Assembly (NCBI GenBank): GCA_012295275.1
Contig: CM022669.1
Coordinates: forward strand, 15,810,001-15,874,000
DNA length: 64,000 bases
Direction of reading: 5' to 3'
From: Chrysomallon squamiferum
Taxonomy: Eukaryota; Animalia; Mollusca
Shown here one piece after another: positions 14,834-52,878 of the stretch. The translations under genes and the position numbers were made by a program. Within the stretch, counting starts at the first letter, position 1. The number at the start of each line of letters is the position of its first letter. The notes beneath the pieces were generated by a model. That model was not told the origin of the DNA and did not search any database. It saw only the letters and a program-made list of their open reading frames with translations.

Positions 14834-15588
14834 AATGAAATGAAATGAAAAAAAACAAAACATCAAAAAAAAAAACAGATACATATATATTACGCTGAAT
14901 TTTCCGTTCGAGCAAACATAAGCTACCGACAGCGAGAAGAAACGATTGCTAAATTTAAATGTGCAGATGCCTGCTTTTGGCTTTCATCTGACGACTTCCC
15001 GGCGACGTTTTATTCAGTTATAACAAACTGGCAAGCATGGTCGCCGTTGCGTGTAACTTCAAATGACATAAAAAAAAACTAAAAAAAAAAAATAAACCTG
15101 ATTTTTCTCGGTTTAGAGATTGTATCTTTTTGACAAATTGTTATTCGTGTTGTGGCATTGTTCAAATAACGAATGCTCGTTTCCACTGCTCTGTAGCAAT
15201 TCAGTCATTTGTACATGTCAATCGAGGGGTATTCTGCGTTTCACCAGCCTCTTCCCGTACAACGTAGGCTAACGAGTTATAGCTTTCAGCACGGCGCTTA
15301 CAACTCCTCTGTATTTTTCGCGTGATTATGTTCGCTACACAAGTTCGTTAGGTGTGATTGTTCCTTTGATAGATGCATCTTTCGTTCCGCACGGCAAACC
15401 CGGTGCTGTCTAAATCATTTCGGTTCCGTCTGTTGAAAAAGCAGCTGCCGCTCGCCTAAAGTTTAATTGATATTGTTTCTTTGAACAGTATTAATAATAA
15501 TTTGAAGTGTCATCTGTTACCAGAGACAAAAAAAAAGGATTTTAAGGCCTGAATTAAGAACAATGATTCTTAGACGTCACTATACGCT

Positions 15589-15633
<45 letters not shown>

Positions 15634-15688
15634 AATATATATATATAAAAATTAAAGGGAAGAAAATATAAAAAAAATAAAATAAAAA

Positions 15689-15700
<12 letters not shown>

Positions 15701-15771
<71 letters not shown>
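15701..15771. repeat. (AG)n microsatellite
   Basis: Perfect tandem run. Confidence 0.97.
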
Positions 15772-15774
<3 letters not shown>

Positions 15775-16039
15775 AATAGTGTATGTAATTCCATTTGTTT
15801 ATTTTTATCTTGTTTCTCTTTTTATTTTATTCAGTATTATAAGTTGTATTAAAACTTTTCATTACTATTATACTTTTTATTTTTGTTATCTTTTTATTAT
15901 TTATTTTGTTTATATGTATTTTATTTTGTATTATTATTATGTTTTCTTGTTCTGTAATTTTCTTGTATTTATATATAGTTATCATTTATTTTAACACTAA
16001 ATTATGAATTAACTTCAGTCTTGCACAGTACAATTTAGA

Positions 16040-16099
<60 letters not shown>

Positions 16100-16754
16100 A
16101 AAACATGTTAAATTCTTAGTATCTTATCAAAAAATGTACGTATTAATATCAAATAACCAACTTCTTGGAATTCCAAAAAAAAAAAAAATTCTACCTCAAA
16201 ACAATAATATACATTTTCTCTTTTTTTTTTTTTTTCCGGAAGAATTCACAACATTCGGAATTGTTGGACGAGGATTTGCCAATATCAGTATCTCTCCAGT
16301 CTGAAATGTTGATTCGTAGAAACGAAAGAAAATCTTCTAATAATAATCAACACTAAAACAGTGAGAGAGTTGTAGAAGTCGCGGGAGAGACGGATCTGCG
16401 TTAGGTAATTCTAGACGCCGGCAATATTCCGCGCCGCAGCTGTGTGTCGAAATACTGTTTTGTCTGAAAACACGTTTAACTGTCTTACCTGTTTTCTACA
16501 TGCTAATTAGCGCACTGGGCCGTTTAAACAGCGCCGCCAAGGCTTTGGGGGAAACAGCGCGAGAGAATGCAGCCATTACTGCAGTGACATAAACGAATAT
16601 CTGATAGGAAAAAATAAAACAGATGGCTTTCTTCAACAGCGCCACTTCGAGGCACTTAATAAATTTAATTGTCTGTGGTGTGAATTCGGGTCACGGGATT
16701 CGACAGTACTCGTTGAACTTGTGTTCTTAGGCATTCGTAGCGAGCGTATTTTGT

Positions 16755-16755
<1 letters not shown>

Positions 16756-16840
<85 letters not shown>
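16756..16840. repeat. (CT)n microsatellite
   Basis: Perfect tandem run. Confidence 0.97.
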
Positions 16841-16843
<3 letters not shown>

Positions 16844-17311
16844 CTGTGTGTACGTTTGTCTCTGCTTGTTTATGAGAAGAAGAAGACGAAAACGTATAAA
16901 ATAATATCCTAACACTTATCCTTAAGAATGGACATTAATATTTTTATTCCTTATCTCGTATGTTTATTTTTTTTATGTTATCTAACCGAGTATTAAATTT
17001 CAGCAGTTAATTAAAATACAAAAACAACAACAACAAAAACAACAACAACAAAAACAACAAAAAGAAAGTTCCGTAACAAAAAAAAAATAATAAAAACGAA
17101 TAAGAATAATACGAATTAAAGAAGTTAAAATATAAGGAACAATGAAAGAAGAAATCATAAAAAAACACCTTTTTTGTACGATTTTTTATTTATTTATCAA
17201 ATTGTTTATAATTTTTATTGTACCACAACGATCCAATTTTCATAAATCACCTTGCATATCATTATTTTTCTTTACTAGAAAAGTCGATGATACAAAAAAA
17301 AAAAATATATA

Positions 17312-17352
<41 letters not shown>

Positions 17353-18016
17353 AAATTAAATTTATCGACCGCAAATTAATTTCTAATTGTATCGAATTTA
17401 TTTCTTTTCGTTAATTTCTTTTTATATATTTTTAACACATCTCTTTATAACTTTTTTTTTAACTGTATATAAATGACCACCCTACTGTCTATGTCAGTAA
17501 CAGAATCCACCGCGTCATGCAACTCCACACACTGTGGGTTAATCAAATACACAAGAAAGACTTACCCGCTCGCTCATGGATTTGGGGAACAAAACTCATA
17601 CACGATATCTTCAGGTTTCAAGGTGTCACACTTATCGGTGTAGAGAAGTTCTTCTGCATTAGTTGATAATTATGGTTATCTGAAGATGTTAAATTTCGAC
17701 TAAAAGCATAGTTTGTGCGCAATCTTGTCTGATTAAGGTCGGACCAAACTCGGCAAGTGCGGGTCAAGAGAGATAATGCCTCGTCTAGTCCAATTTCGTT
17801 GTAGGAAGGTTATTACGCTGTATTGGTGCTAAAGGTTTGTTAACACTAGACGATGTTTTGTTGTAATCCTTTCGGCTTGATATTTTTAACTTACAAGATA
17901 TCTCATTTTCTTTTTGTTCATACTTTCATTTTTTTGTGTATGTGTGAATAAATGTGCACAGATATTTGTATGTGTGAGCGTCCTTGTTATGTTATACTAT
18001 GTCATATGATACCATG

Positions 18017-18019
<3 letters not shown>

Positions 18020-18073
<54 letters not shown>

Positions 18074-18079
18074 TATATA

Positions 18080-18114
<35 letters not shown>
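18020..18114. repeat. (AT)n followed by (TG)n microsatellite
   Basis: Alternating purine-pyrimidine runs. Confidence 0.92.
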
Positions 18115-18116
<2 letters not shown>

Positions 18117-18587
18117 CGCCTGACTAAGTGCGGACATTTTTGTATGTCCATTTTATTTTTTATTTATTTAATAGTTCTCATTTCAAAAAATTATTCTGTG
18201 AGTTATTTTACTCACAAACAATAGGAAATATACGCTGAAACTGCTATACACAAAACACTGATTACTACAGGGTAGAACTATTCGTATCTGTTAATCTTAT
18301 TTTCAGTAAAGCCTTTAAATGTGTTGGCGTACACATATAAATTTAATGTGACTCTATACTCCCTTCAGAAATGACTAAATAAAAAGATGTTTGCAAGACC
18401 CAGTAATTTTAATCAAGCTCGGAGACTTGTAATATTGTGTTAGTTAGCTGGTCAGAAGTAATTTAAATAAGTCTGTAACTCTGGATACGAAAAACAGTTT
18501 CAGGTAATGTAACTACTCGGACAGTTTAATAAAAAGAACAGATCCAAGCTTTCGGTAAAGGGACTGCAAATTTGTCAGGATGGAATG

Positions 18588-18589
<2 letters not shown>

Positions 18590-18618
<29 letters not shown>

Positions 18619-18674
18619 GTGGTGGTGATGACATTTAAAATAAGAATAACAACAACAACAACAACAACAATAAC

Positions 18675-18715
<41 letters not shown>

Positions 18716-18741
18716 TAATAATAATAGTAATAATAATAATA
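18590..18741. repeat. Compound (GAT)n/(AAC)n/(AAT)n microsatellite
   Basis: Tandem trinucleotide runs. Confidence 0.9.
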
Positions 18742-21700
18742 CTAATAAACAGACAACAAATGTATGATATCTGTTTAAAATTTTGAAAAAAAATGAAGAA
18801 AAGATTGGTTTATTCGTTTAACAACAACAACAACAGTAATAATAATAAAAATAAAATAAGTATATAGACAAACAAAAGAATAAATAAATAAATAAATATT
18901 ATTATGATCATGATGTGCAAACATTAAAGAATTGTGAATGACAGATGAATATAATTATGAATTCAGGTATGCACGAAAGTTTTGTTTTACTTACTTTTCT
19001 TTTCCACAAGATCGCACTTTATAAAACGGATTGAAAGATTCCAGAGTAGAGGACTGATCTTTAAGTGCTTACCATTCTATCTCCAAATTAATTAATGATG
19101 GAAAATAAATACGGCGACAAATATTTGAAGGGAAAGAATAGTAACAATTAAACGATATTTGCTGTTTGTTTACTGATGTCAGGATATTAGTGTTTTTAAA
19201 TCAGTTAGAATCAAAGTTGTAATCGCAGAAATAAGTAAAACATAAATAAAAAAGTAAAGTACAAAAATAACGAAGATATTTTTTATTTATATACATTCAC
19301 AATATCCAAATTGAAAAATGTAAAAACATCTTATTTATTACATTAATTTTGTTGTTTTTTTCCTTGTGCTACACATTGGTTTTAGATGTTCAAATACAGA
19401 GTATTTATGTATGATGAAAATGGAAAAGAATATTGAAATGTTGTAAAATTAAGAATAAACAAACAAACAAATAAAAAATTAAAAATTAAATAAATAAATT
19501 TGAAAACAAACAAATAAACAAATAAATATATAAATAAATGAAATAAGTAAGTAAATACATAATCAAACAAAAAAACATATAATTACAAATATATTTTGTT
19601 TTAAACCATTATAATTCTTTTTTAAAACCAAATACTAAAATAATTACAGTTAAACTGAACAGAAACACCGTGCACAGAATATGTTCTATAGAAGTGTGCG
19701 GAAAAAAGGTGAAATTTCAAAACAAATGAGGTAGTTTCTCCTGAACGAACATGCAAACAAACATAAATAATAACATACGTAAAATTAAATATATCCGTAT
19801 ACAGCGTTCAACATAATTATAAATAAACTAATCAATAAATATCGAAATATTTGTATCTGAAATTTCTTCTCTCTTTTTTAATTCAAAATCAAGAAAATAT
19901 GTACAAGGGCATCTTCAGAGATCAGTATAAATTGCCATCAGCTTTGTTATAAATATAATTTGTTATCAGATAATTATGTATACCTATCTATGAACAGAGA
20001 AACAGAGAGATCTTGAAATATTTCACTGATGTGTATAAGATATTATAAATGATAAAAGAAAAGCATTTAATAATAAATAAATAAATAAATTTAGAAGAAA
20101 AAAAATAGCGTTATCAGTAAATCGTAAAAAACCCCATCTCATTCTAAGAAGCATTTTTTGTTTTGTTTCTATTATGAAACTCGAAAAATATTAAATAAGA
20201 ATAAATGTTTTGTAAGCTTCATAAAATACCACGCAATGGCAAACACGTGAAACGAGAAGGGGAGCTGATTCACTTAATTATCAATCCAAAGATAACTTAA
20301 TGTTCCGAAATGTCGATTAATTTAAGAGACAAAAAAAAGTTATACATACACACAAATATCTCATTAACTAACACTCATTTTCGTTTTTCAAATCATATTT
20401 GACGTTTACACGTAATAAAAACTCTAAATGTTTCCAAAAAAGATTGATGTTAATAGCAAAGAGGTATATAAGAAAGAAAAAAAAAAGTTATCAAGAAGAA
20501 GATAAGTTTTTATTTGTTAATTATTGTTGACTTTATAGCTGTAAAAAAATTGATTTAAAATATTTTCTTCGGCGCGTGAAGCATGTAAAATAATATAATA
20601 TAATATATTTAATATAATATAATGCAATATTTACGATTTACAGACACACACGCACGCACACACACGCATACGCACAAATACACATACATACATACCCATA
20701 CAATTCTGGTAACACCCCCTAAAAAAACAAAGTGTCTATGTATAGAAACATTATTTTATATCAGAAACGGAATCAGCGTCATAAAAATTAACAGTAAAAA
20801 AATAAATAAATAAATAAATAAAAGGAAAAAAAAGAGGATTACATATAATGAAAATATATAACTGTTTTAACAAAGTCCATTACTGTACAAAATCTTGTCA
20901 TACTGATATAACTACATTAGCCTGTCAGCAAACGAGTATATTACACGATGTCACAGTTTTTTAAAAATCATACGTTTCCTTTTATCATGTTACCAGAATA
21001 ATCTCCTCTTTATTTATAACCTATAGTGTGCTGATGGCTTCTATCTGACCAACTCCGCATAAATTATTTTTCAAAGTACTGACTATATATAGTATGGCAG
21101 TGAGTGTATCTTTATTTGAAAGAATAGCAATTTTATTACATCCAAGATGTTTGGCGATATCATGAAAAAAAATTCTTGCATGAAATAAAATATCAAACAA
21201 ATATACATATATAAATAAATGTCGATGAGAAAAATAACGCACAATTACAATGGTGCGACTGTCGAGTGAATTCTACCGAACGTTAATATAAAATATAATA
21301 TATAACAACAATGTATAGGAAATAATTGTCTGTACAAGTTGAAGAATAGTTCAAAAATAGTATTGCACCTCAACATTACAAGCAGAATATACAAATACGT
21401 ATTTGGTTCGATTATAAAACTGTTCGTTAAAGAAGCTTTAGTGTAGAAAAGTCGTAAATTTCTGTCTTGCTGAGAAAACTTGAAAGAAGCATCGAAAGAA
21501 TTTCTGTCTTCAAATCCGAAAGGAAAAAGAAGAAAAAGTAGGAGAAAAAAACATCCTGCTTCGTAGTACGTACGAACGTATACGGACTGGAAGCAAAATA
21601 GAAACATTTCTCAGATTCGTGTGTAATCAAACTGGGGTAGGTTGGACTGGTTGTGGATGAACTTTGTTCTTGATAATGTATGAGGAACAACCAGCCAACT

Positions 21701-22245
21701 AAATGTTTCCATTGTGTGTTAACTAAACAGTGATAAACTACGTAATTTCGAAATGCTATGAAGTTTTTCTGCTGCCTCCAAATATGTTTTTTTTTTTTTT
21801 TTAATTCCATGTAAAAAAACACTGCGGCTTTGGTGTGTTGTATTTTATAACTGGTCGTACTGCTGCTGCTGGTTTATCGGGTGAATTGTTTTATTTTTTT
21901 CCATTAATATGATTTTTATAAAATTATTTTGTGAATTGTTGATTCAACTTTAAAATGTGTCAAAAGTCACAATAACAACCGATGACCTCCAGCAAACAAC
22001 GTGCAAAGTTTAATCGCAGGTCAAACGACCTTCACAGTGGTTCACTTAATCATCCATCTGATTACGTCTTCTTCTGGAAATAATGAACACAGTGGCATCC
22101 AAATTTTATTATTATTCCTCGAGACGAAAATCTCTTTTATTATTTTTATTTATTTTTTTATTTTTTTTGGTTAAGTATATGTTCAGTCACACTGACTGAT
22201 GAACTGAAAATCCAAAGACATGATTGTCCAAACAAAGTGATGACG

Positions 22246-45351
<23,106 letters not shown>

Positions 45352-45355
<4 letters not shown>

Positions 45356-45432
45356 AATTTCCTTCGACTTCTCGGACACAAAATGTAATATTCCATGGGG
45401 ACAACGCTGGCTTCTGTGGATTCTGTTGGCAT
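45352..45432 (-). promoter_or_regulatory. Upstream ORF (26 aa) in the 5' leader whose TGA overlaps the main ATG
   Basis: ATG CCA ACA GAA ... AAA TTA TGA encodes MPTESTEASVVPMEYYILCPRSRRKL*. The junction reads TTATGAGG. Confidence 0.55.
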
Positions 45433-45706
45433 TCTCACTGTTGTATTAAAAGCTGAAAGACAAGTACACGGTGATAACACAGGGCCCGTGGGAGACTTAT
45501 TAAGGCCGCACGCATGTGCCGCTCAAAGTTGGCGATTTCTTAGGTCGATAATTTTGTGAACGCAAACACGTGCAGTGAAAATTGAAAGATGTGTTAGATC
45601 GGTATCGCAGTAGGAATGGAAATTTTTTTTTTTTTTTTTTTTTTTCGTTCTAAGAAGGGATGGGTAAAAGAAAAAGAAGGTTGGGGTAAAAAAAATGATT
45701 GAAACA

Positions 45707-45840
<134 letters not shown>

Positions 45841-48800
45841 TTAATAGAAGTGTAAACGAAGAAATAAATACATGTATATTGTAGATATAAAAAAAGCTAT
45901 AATGCAAAGAAAACAGTCAAATGAAAAAGTAAGATTGCATTTAAGTATAGTAAACAAACTAAACATATTTTATATATTAATAAAAGAACGGATACACAGT
46001 GTTGTTTGTTCTCATACGGAGAAATTCAATTATTGATCACCTTCATTAATATTTCTGTTTTTCATACTCATTTTCTACATTTATAATCTGCATTTACTTT
46101 TTTTTTCTTATTTTCTTTTTTCTTTCTTTTTTTTCTCTTTCATCTTTTATTTCTTCCTTTTTTAATTTTTAATAAAGAAAATTAGTACATCTACTGATAT
46201 AAAATCTGAAACAAAGGGAATATATAGACGACTGCTGAATAATGATGAAGCGATTCGAAATTATGGATAAAGTTTACGAAGTAATTTATTAAGTACTGTT
46301 GGTTATGTTTGCCTGTCTTTGGGAAGGTGCATACAAAAGACATCTTGCTGCTAAATAATGAAAATAGAAAAATATATTGCAGTAGCGGGTTTCTTCTTTC
46401 GTATTATAATTACACAGTAATATATTTGACACCTAACATACATGTTAATATTATAATGCACTGAGGTATCATTAATCATAATTCATTCATTTAATCATTT
46501 ATTCCTCAGTAACAAAAAATACTTAGTAAAAGCGAGATATACAGAAGTAACTATGTTCACATGCTAACACAGCAAGAAAGATACTTATGGAGGTAAATGC
46601 AATCAAATGCTGATGGACACATTAGCTGCTAGTATTTTCGTAATAAATTACAATTATCATAAAATTTGTCTCGCAGATGTAGTTAAACGCTGATTTGCTT
46701 GATACATTATCTAGTAGCGGTTTTATTTCCTCTACAAGCACCATTAACTTGGGCTTCGGATGTACTTACTTATCTCAGAATGGAGCTTGAAAGACTGGAC
46801 ATTGCGATTAACAAACCCAGAAACATGAGAGTTTATCTTAACAGATATTTGCATTTCGATTAGAAGCTCGAAAGAAATTAATTTAGAACATTCAGGTTAA
46901 CGTAGATATTATTATTATTATTACTTTTTTATTTTTATTTTCTTATTTTTATTTTTTTTATATTTTTTTTTTTTTGTTTAACTTAGTTTCGTTTTAAATG
47001 AAAAAAACTTATCGAAATCATGACGACAAGGAACAAATCTTAAAGGCAAACAGAAAAGTCTGTTGTTACCCAGCTGACACCAGATTGCGACTATTTCTTT
47101 TCTTTCTCGCTGTATAGTCATGCACTCTCAATTGTGCGGTTCAATTTTCGTGTTTGCGAAGTCAGAAACACTATTGTTTTTGAAACGTAGACAGTAGCTG
47201 TGCAAACACCGCTCCGACACCGCATGGGAACCATTTGACTGAACTGTTCTTGCAAGACACGTCATCTGAAGTAAGCTAGAGAGGAACTGGGGCAGACGGG
47301 TATGGACAAAACAACAGAAAGGTAACGGAATCTGTACAGCGATCTTTAGACTTTGCGGATGAAGAACGATTATTTTCATTACGTTTAGAGACCATGTTTG
47401 AAAAGCAAATAAATATTTTAATTTTAGTTACCATCGGATTCTGTTTAACTCTGTGAAGTTAACGATATTTTTATTAATGTTAATGCATAACTTTTCAAGA
47501 AGAAATGAGTTTCGTTACTAACAGGGGAAAAAAAAAATAATAATTTCTATATATATTTAGAAATCAAAATTAATGAATGTGTAAAAAAATACATTAACGA
47601 AAGAATGAATGCTGTATGTCATCATTTAATGGAATAGTCTTAACTCTTACAAATAAGGACACTGCTAAAGTTTTAGGAAATCTTTCAACGTACATTGCAT
47701 TTTGTATTAAATTAGGTATTTCGGATAATGCAATAAACTGTAAGATAAATTAACATGCCCGTACTAATGTTTATTTGCGAAATTTTAATAAGGTCAAACA
47801 CGAATGTAAAAAAGAATATTCAACAATTTTTATTTTATTTAAAAAAATCGTAATTACTGTTATATATAATTAAATATATTAAGGAGAATGAAATTAATAT
47901 TAATTAGGATTTTTATTTATATAGACAGGTAACATTAAAATTTTAGAACTATTTAATATATATTATCGTGCAAAAAGAAATCTTAACAGCAGTTATTATC
48001 GTTATTTTTTTTTTTTTTTTTTATTATTTTTTTTTTTTTTTTTTTTTTTTTGACGGTGTATATCGTATGTAAAATTTACAGAAGGCGAAAAAAAGGGCGG
48101 ATAAACCATTATGCAAACATGACGTAGCCATAGAAGTAAATTTGTAAAGCGTGGGTTTATTAAAGCCAGTTGCTTTGGCAAGTTATCCGATACTATTTTA
48201 ACAATGTTTACACGCTTGCACAACTAACGTGAAGTGTAATCGCGGGGAAGAACCGAATAACAAAACGAAGACAACGTTTCAAAGGCTGAAAATAAAACAC
48301 AAGCAAACCAGTTAGCGATATCAACGCCAAAACCGCATATTTTCTTCTAGCCCGTGTTTTCCTAGCAATTTGCTTACGATCCTACGAAAATCTAGAATTC
48401 GAGGCAAAAAAAAAAAAAAAAAAAAAAAAAAGACTGTATCTTTGTGTCAGTTTCTCGAAGTGTATAATGCATTAATTATGTTGTCGTTTTATCATTACGA
48501 TAGGAAATTGGCACAACACGAATTATTTTTCCATTCGGTTTTTCTATATAAATATCCCAGCCCCACACATTTCTCGTAAATTGACTTAACTAATGTTCGC
48601 AGGTTCGCTACGGCCGGAATATCGCTTTTGCTTTGCATTTGATATACAGTAGTAAAACGTCAAAACAAGCGATACCTCAAGGAACATGTGTATGTATATT
48701 GAAGGTACTTCCCAGAGATATATATGTATTTATTGTTGCTTTTTCCTTCGGCGTTTCGCCCCGACCCTAAAGTGTGGCAAAAACAAATAAATGAGTTTGA

Positions 48801-48955
48801 CGTCCGCACGGATAACACGTACTAACTTCATCAGAGAGGTCTGCTTGACAGCTAAGTTAGAAACAGATTGAAATCTTTTGCCCTTTTGTTTTTCTTCGTC
48901 TTCCTAAATATCAGGTGATATATTGGTGATTAGGAAAAATAGAAAATTAGCACGG

Positions 48956-49007
<52 letters not shown>

Positions 49008-50860
49008 TATATAAGTGTGTTATACACACTCACACACACACTGGGAAAAGCTCGAAGACATAGGTCTACAAATATACAGTTATATACGTAGTTAAAAGAA
49101 ATGAAATTTATTTAATAAATATACCCATAGTTAATAATAAAAAAAAAAAGAAATAATATATTTAATAATAATAATAATAATAATAATAATAGTAGTAGTA
49201 GTAGTAAAAAAAAAAAAAAGAAAAATCAAATAAACAAATAAAGGAACAACATTCCAAAATAATTATAAACTTTAAGAAAAAGTTACTGTTAGAAGAACAA
49301 TAGCAACAACAGCAATAATAATGATGAAGATGATGATGATGATGATGTAGAAGAAGAGGAGAAAGATGATGATAGTTATTTTGATGATAGTACTAATAAT
49401 GATAATCAAGAAAATACCCTCTGATTTGTTTATTAGACTATTAAATTTACCTCTCATGTTTTCACCTCAAGAAAAATGTTATTCTTCCTTTGATTTTCAC
49501 TCAAATGATGGTGGCAATGATGATGATGAATATAAAGATCATTATGCTCATGATATAATGATCATACTCATAATACTGATTATATCTTAATTTCTTTTTA
49601 GTATTAGTCCAAAGCATTTTATCCTTACTTAATGTAATTCTCATTTGCTAAAGCGATTACTTATTTTTTTAATTACTTGTCTACTAGATTAATGACTGCT
49701 TCAGACAAATAAACTCAAAACAGCGAATCTAAGCGTTTTTGTCTGAGGGTACTAAAATAAAGTTACAGTACTTAGGGTATTTCAGTAACGACTAAGTTAT
49801 TTGAAAAACACGATAGAACATGGACAGTCTTTGTCGGATCCCCTATGCATTTATTTATTTATTTATTATAATGTTTATTATTGTTGTTGTTGTTGTTGTT
49901 GTTGTTGTTATTATTATTGTTGCTGTATGTACGAGTTTTAGATGAAACGTATTATTAATTTTGCTTCAATTTATTTGAATATAACATTAAAATAATTTTT
50001 CGTGCCGGAGATTTAAATGAATATTATTATCATCATCATCATCATCATCATCATTATTGTTGTTAATATTGTTGTTGTTGTTGTTGTTATTATTATTTTG
50101 TTTTGTGTATGTGGGGGTTATTCGCATTTTTCTTTATTACGAAAATCACTTCTTCTTTAGAGTCAAATCAATGAACAATGCAACCAGTAATTTTTTTATT
50201 AAACTTTCCTGAAATAGCCTCTGACAGAGTAACAGAGCCAATATTTTTAACTGTCGCTACACACACTTGCTCTGTTGTGAATTACCAACCGGCTGGAACG
50301 GGATATAATTATAATCATTCAAACCGCGTGTATGTTTTCCCTTCTTTCGGCAATAAAACCAACATTCTGGACACGATAAAAACCAAAATTCTGTCACATT
50401 ACTCGCTCTGCTAGGGATCTGCTCTGCCGACGTTGTTTACGTCGTGGCCGACTGCTGTTAACTCTGACATTTAAGACGCAGACGGCGACACTCGCCTCTT
50501 CCTAACAGATTGGATCGGCGGTAAAGCGACTGCTCCCCTCAAGTGAATTCGATTGTTTGGTTATCGACAGAATAAACGCTATTTAATGCACATGTACAGT
50601 GATAAATGAATTGTCGAGACGGATTTGCTGCAATACGTCGCCTACAGCGCAGTAGTTTAAGCAGAGCAACAAAAGACCAACTCAAATGAGATTTCTGTGT
50701 CACGACTGTCGAGCGGTTTATACGTCGATGGCTTTACCTTGCTGATTCAAAAGAGGCGTGCTAATGAAATTATTTCCAAGGAGGCGATAATTTAATAATG
50801 ATATAAAACCTGCTTCAGTTTGTTTATACACAATTATGAACTCCGAGTGAGTGGTGGATT

Positions 50861-50979
<119 letters not shown>

Positions 50980-52794
50980 AAAGAGTTATGGTTAAGATAG
51001 CGTCTTCTTCTTGTATCTGCTAAAGAAACAAATGAATGGAAAGATAAAGTTGATAGTTAGGATACGCAAATGAACCACATGTGAATGATTAAAAATAGGG
51101 AAAATAGACGCAATATTTGTTTAAAGTCAAATATATTGAAAATAAAGACGCAGAGATTTAAACTTTAAGTTTGCCTTAAACAGTAAATGTCCCTCTCAGA
51201 AGAATATTGAGTCTGTTTCGGTAAATCTCATTGGTTAACCGTTTTCATCACCAGACCATAAAGGCTAGAAAATTACCTCAAGCTTCACCATTAATATGCC
51301 ACAGAACAAATATATAAGAAAAATATACACAGCAAAGAAACTGTTGCTGACATTGTGTGCATTGCTCGCTGTGATACACTTTTTAAAGACAATTAGGTGA
51401 CATTCTAATTCATTTTAATTTGCTGTTTAAGAAAGACGAATGTTTTTCCTTATAATTCTGAATTTTTGATTTTTTAAAAATCTTTTTAGCTAATCGTTCC
51501 TTCAGTCGTTCCTATTTCGTTTCTTTCATTGAATTGATTCCTTCATTAATTTTTTTTTTATTGTCTTGTTCATTCACTCAGTTATCCCTCTATTTATTAA
51601 CTTTATCACAGTTTATTTCTTTTTTTTTATTGCTGAGAACTTTTATTCAAATAACTAAAAGTACAGAATGTTATGTTTACCCTTTTCATAGTTAGGAAGA
51701 TGCCAAAATAAAAATAAAATAAAGACAAGTATAGCTGCTTGAATCCACTTCTTCCATGATGTGTTAAGTAATGTTCCCTTCTCTCAATAGTCCACAAACT
51801 GTATTTTCTGTTTATTTACGTAAGTGTATACACACATAAAACATATAAATGTGGTGGTAAAATAGATCTCGTTCCGTTTTATGTTTCCGAAATAATGTAG
51901 CCACACACATATAGAAGATTCATACAAATATGAACGCACGAACCTATTGAGATGTATTCATATACACGTACGTGAAACAAAATGAAATATGAAATGAACA
52001 ATAATAACGACAACGACGATAATAACAACAGCAGCAGCAGCAGCAATAACAACAACAATAATATTAATAATACACGCGTTTTCTTGTTTGTTTTTTGTTT
52101 TGTTTTCGTTGTGTGTTTTTGTTACTATTTCTCCTATCATTTCACAGAGCCTATTTTCGTGCATGCATTCGTTCTCTCGCTATCGCATGACGATTTTTTT
52201 TTTTCTCTCTAATTTTCTGTTCTTTATATTTGTTTTTCTGTATTTATCCCATTGTTTTATTTGATACACGTAGTTAACTTTTATTATTTATTTCTTTCAG
52301 ACACAATTATTTACAAGTTTCTTTCTTTCTTTCTTTCTTTGTGTATTTTTTTTTTCTTTCTTTCAACTGTCTGAATGGTAGCTGTGTCGAATATAAATAT
52401 CTTTCTTTATTTCCTGCTGCCGTTATTTCATGTGTGTAAAACAAAACATATGGTCATGCATAACATGTAATTTCTCAATTACTGACAGTCGTAAAATTCA
52501 TTATGCATTTGGAACTGCTCCCTAATGTCATAATCAGAGGCACATTACTCACACTTAAATAAACCCGATTGAGAAGAAAGACAATACAATACAATACACT
52601 GAATGTTTGACTACCAGTGAGTTAACTCAAATTAGACATTCTCATGAAGATACATTGGTTTATGTCGGTCGATGAACTTCAGAGAACAATTACTCTGTGG
52701 ACTAATTTGTTTTCTAGATTTTGTTATGCATATAATGGCATACACAGAAAGAGAAGAAAAGAAACAGAGAGAGAGGGGCGGAGAGAGAGAGGGG

Positions 52795-52796
<2 letters not shown>

Positions 52797-52873
<77 letters not shown>
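52797..52873. repeat. (AG)n microsatellite
   Basis: Perfect tandem run. Confidence 0.97.

Positions 52874-52878
<5 letters not shown>

Noticed and set aside
16675-16712. B-box-like gggattcga suggesting a tRNA or SINE
   Set aside because: No A-box at proper spacing, no cloverleaf, and no second copy noticed.
18950-22245. Poly(A) site and extent of the 3' UTR of the Dpr-like gene
   Set aside because: AATAAA occurs many times on the minus strand (first near 22105-22110) because of AT richness, so a site cannot be chosen without 3'-end data.
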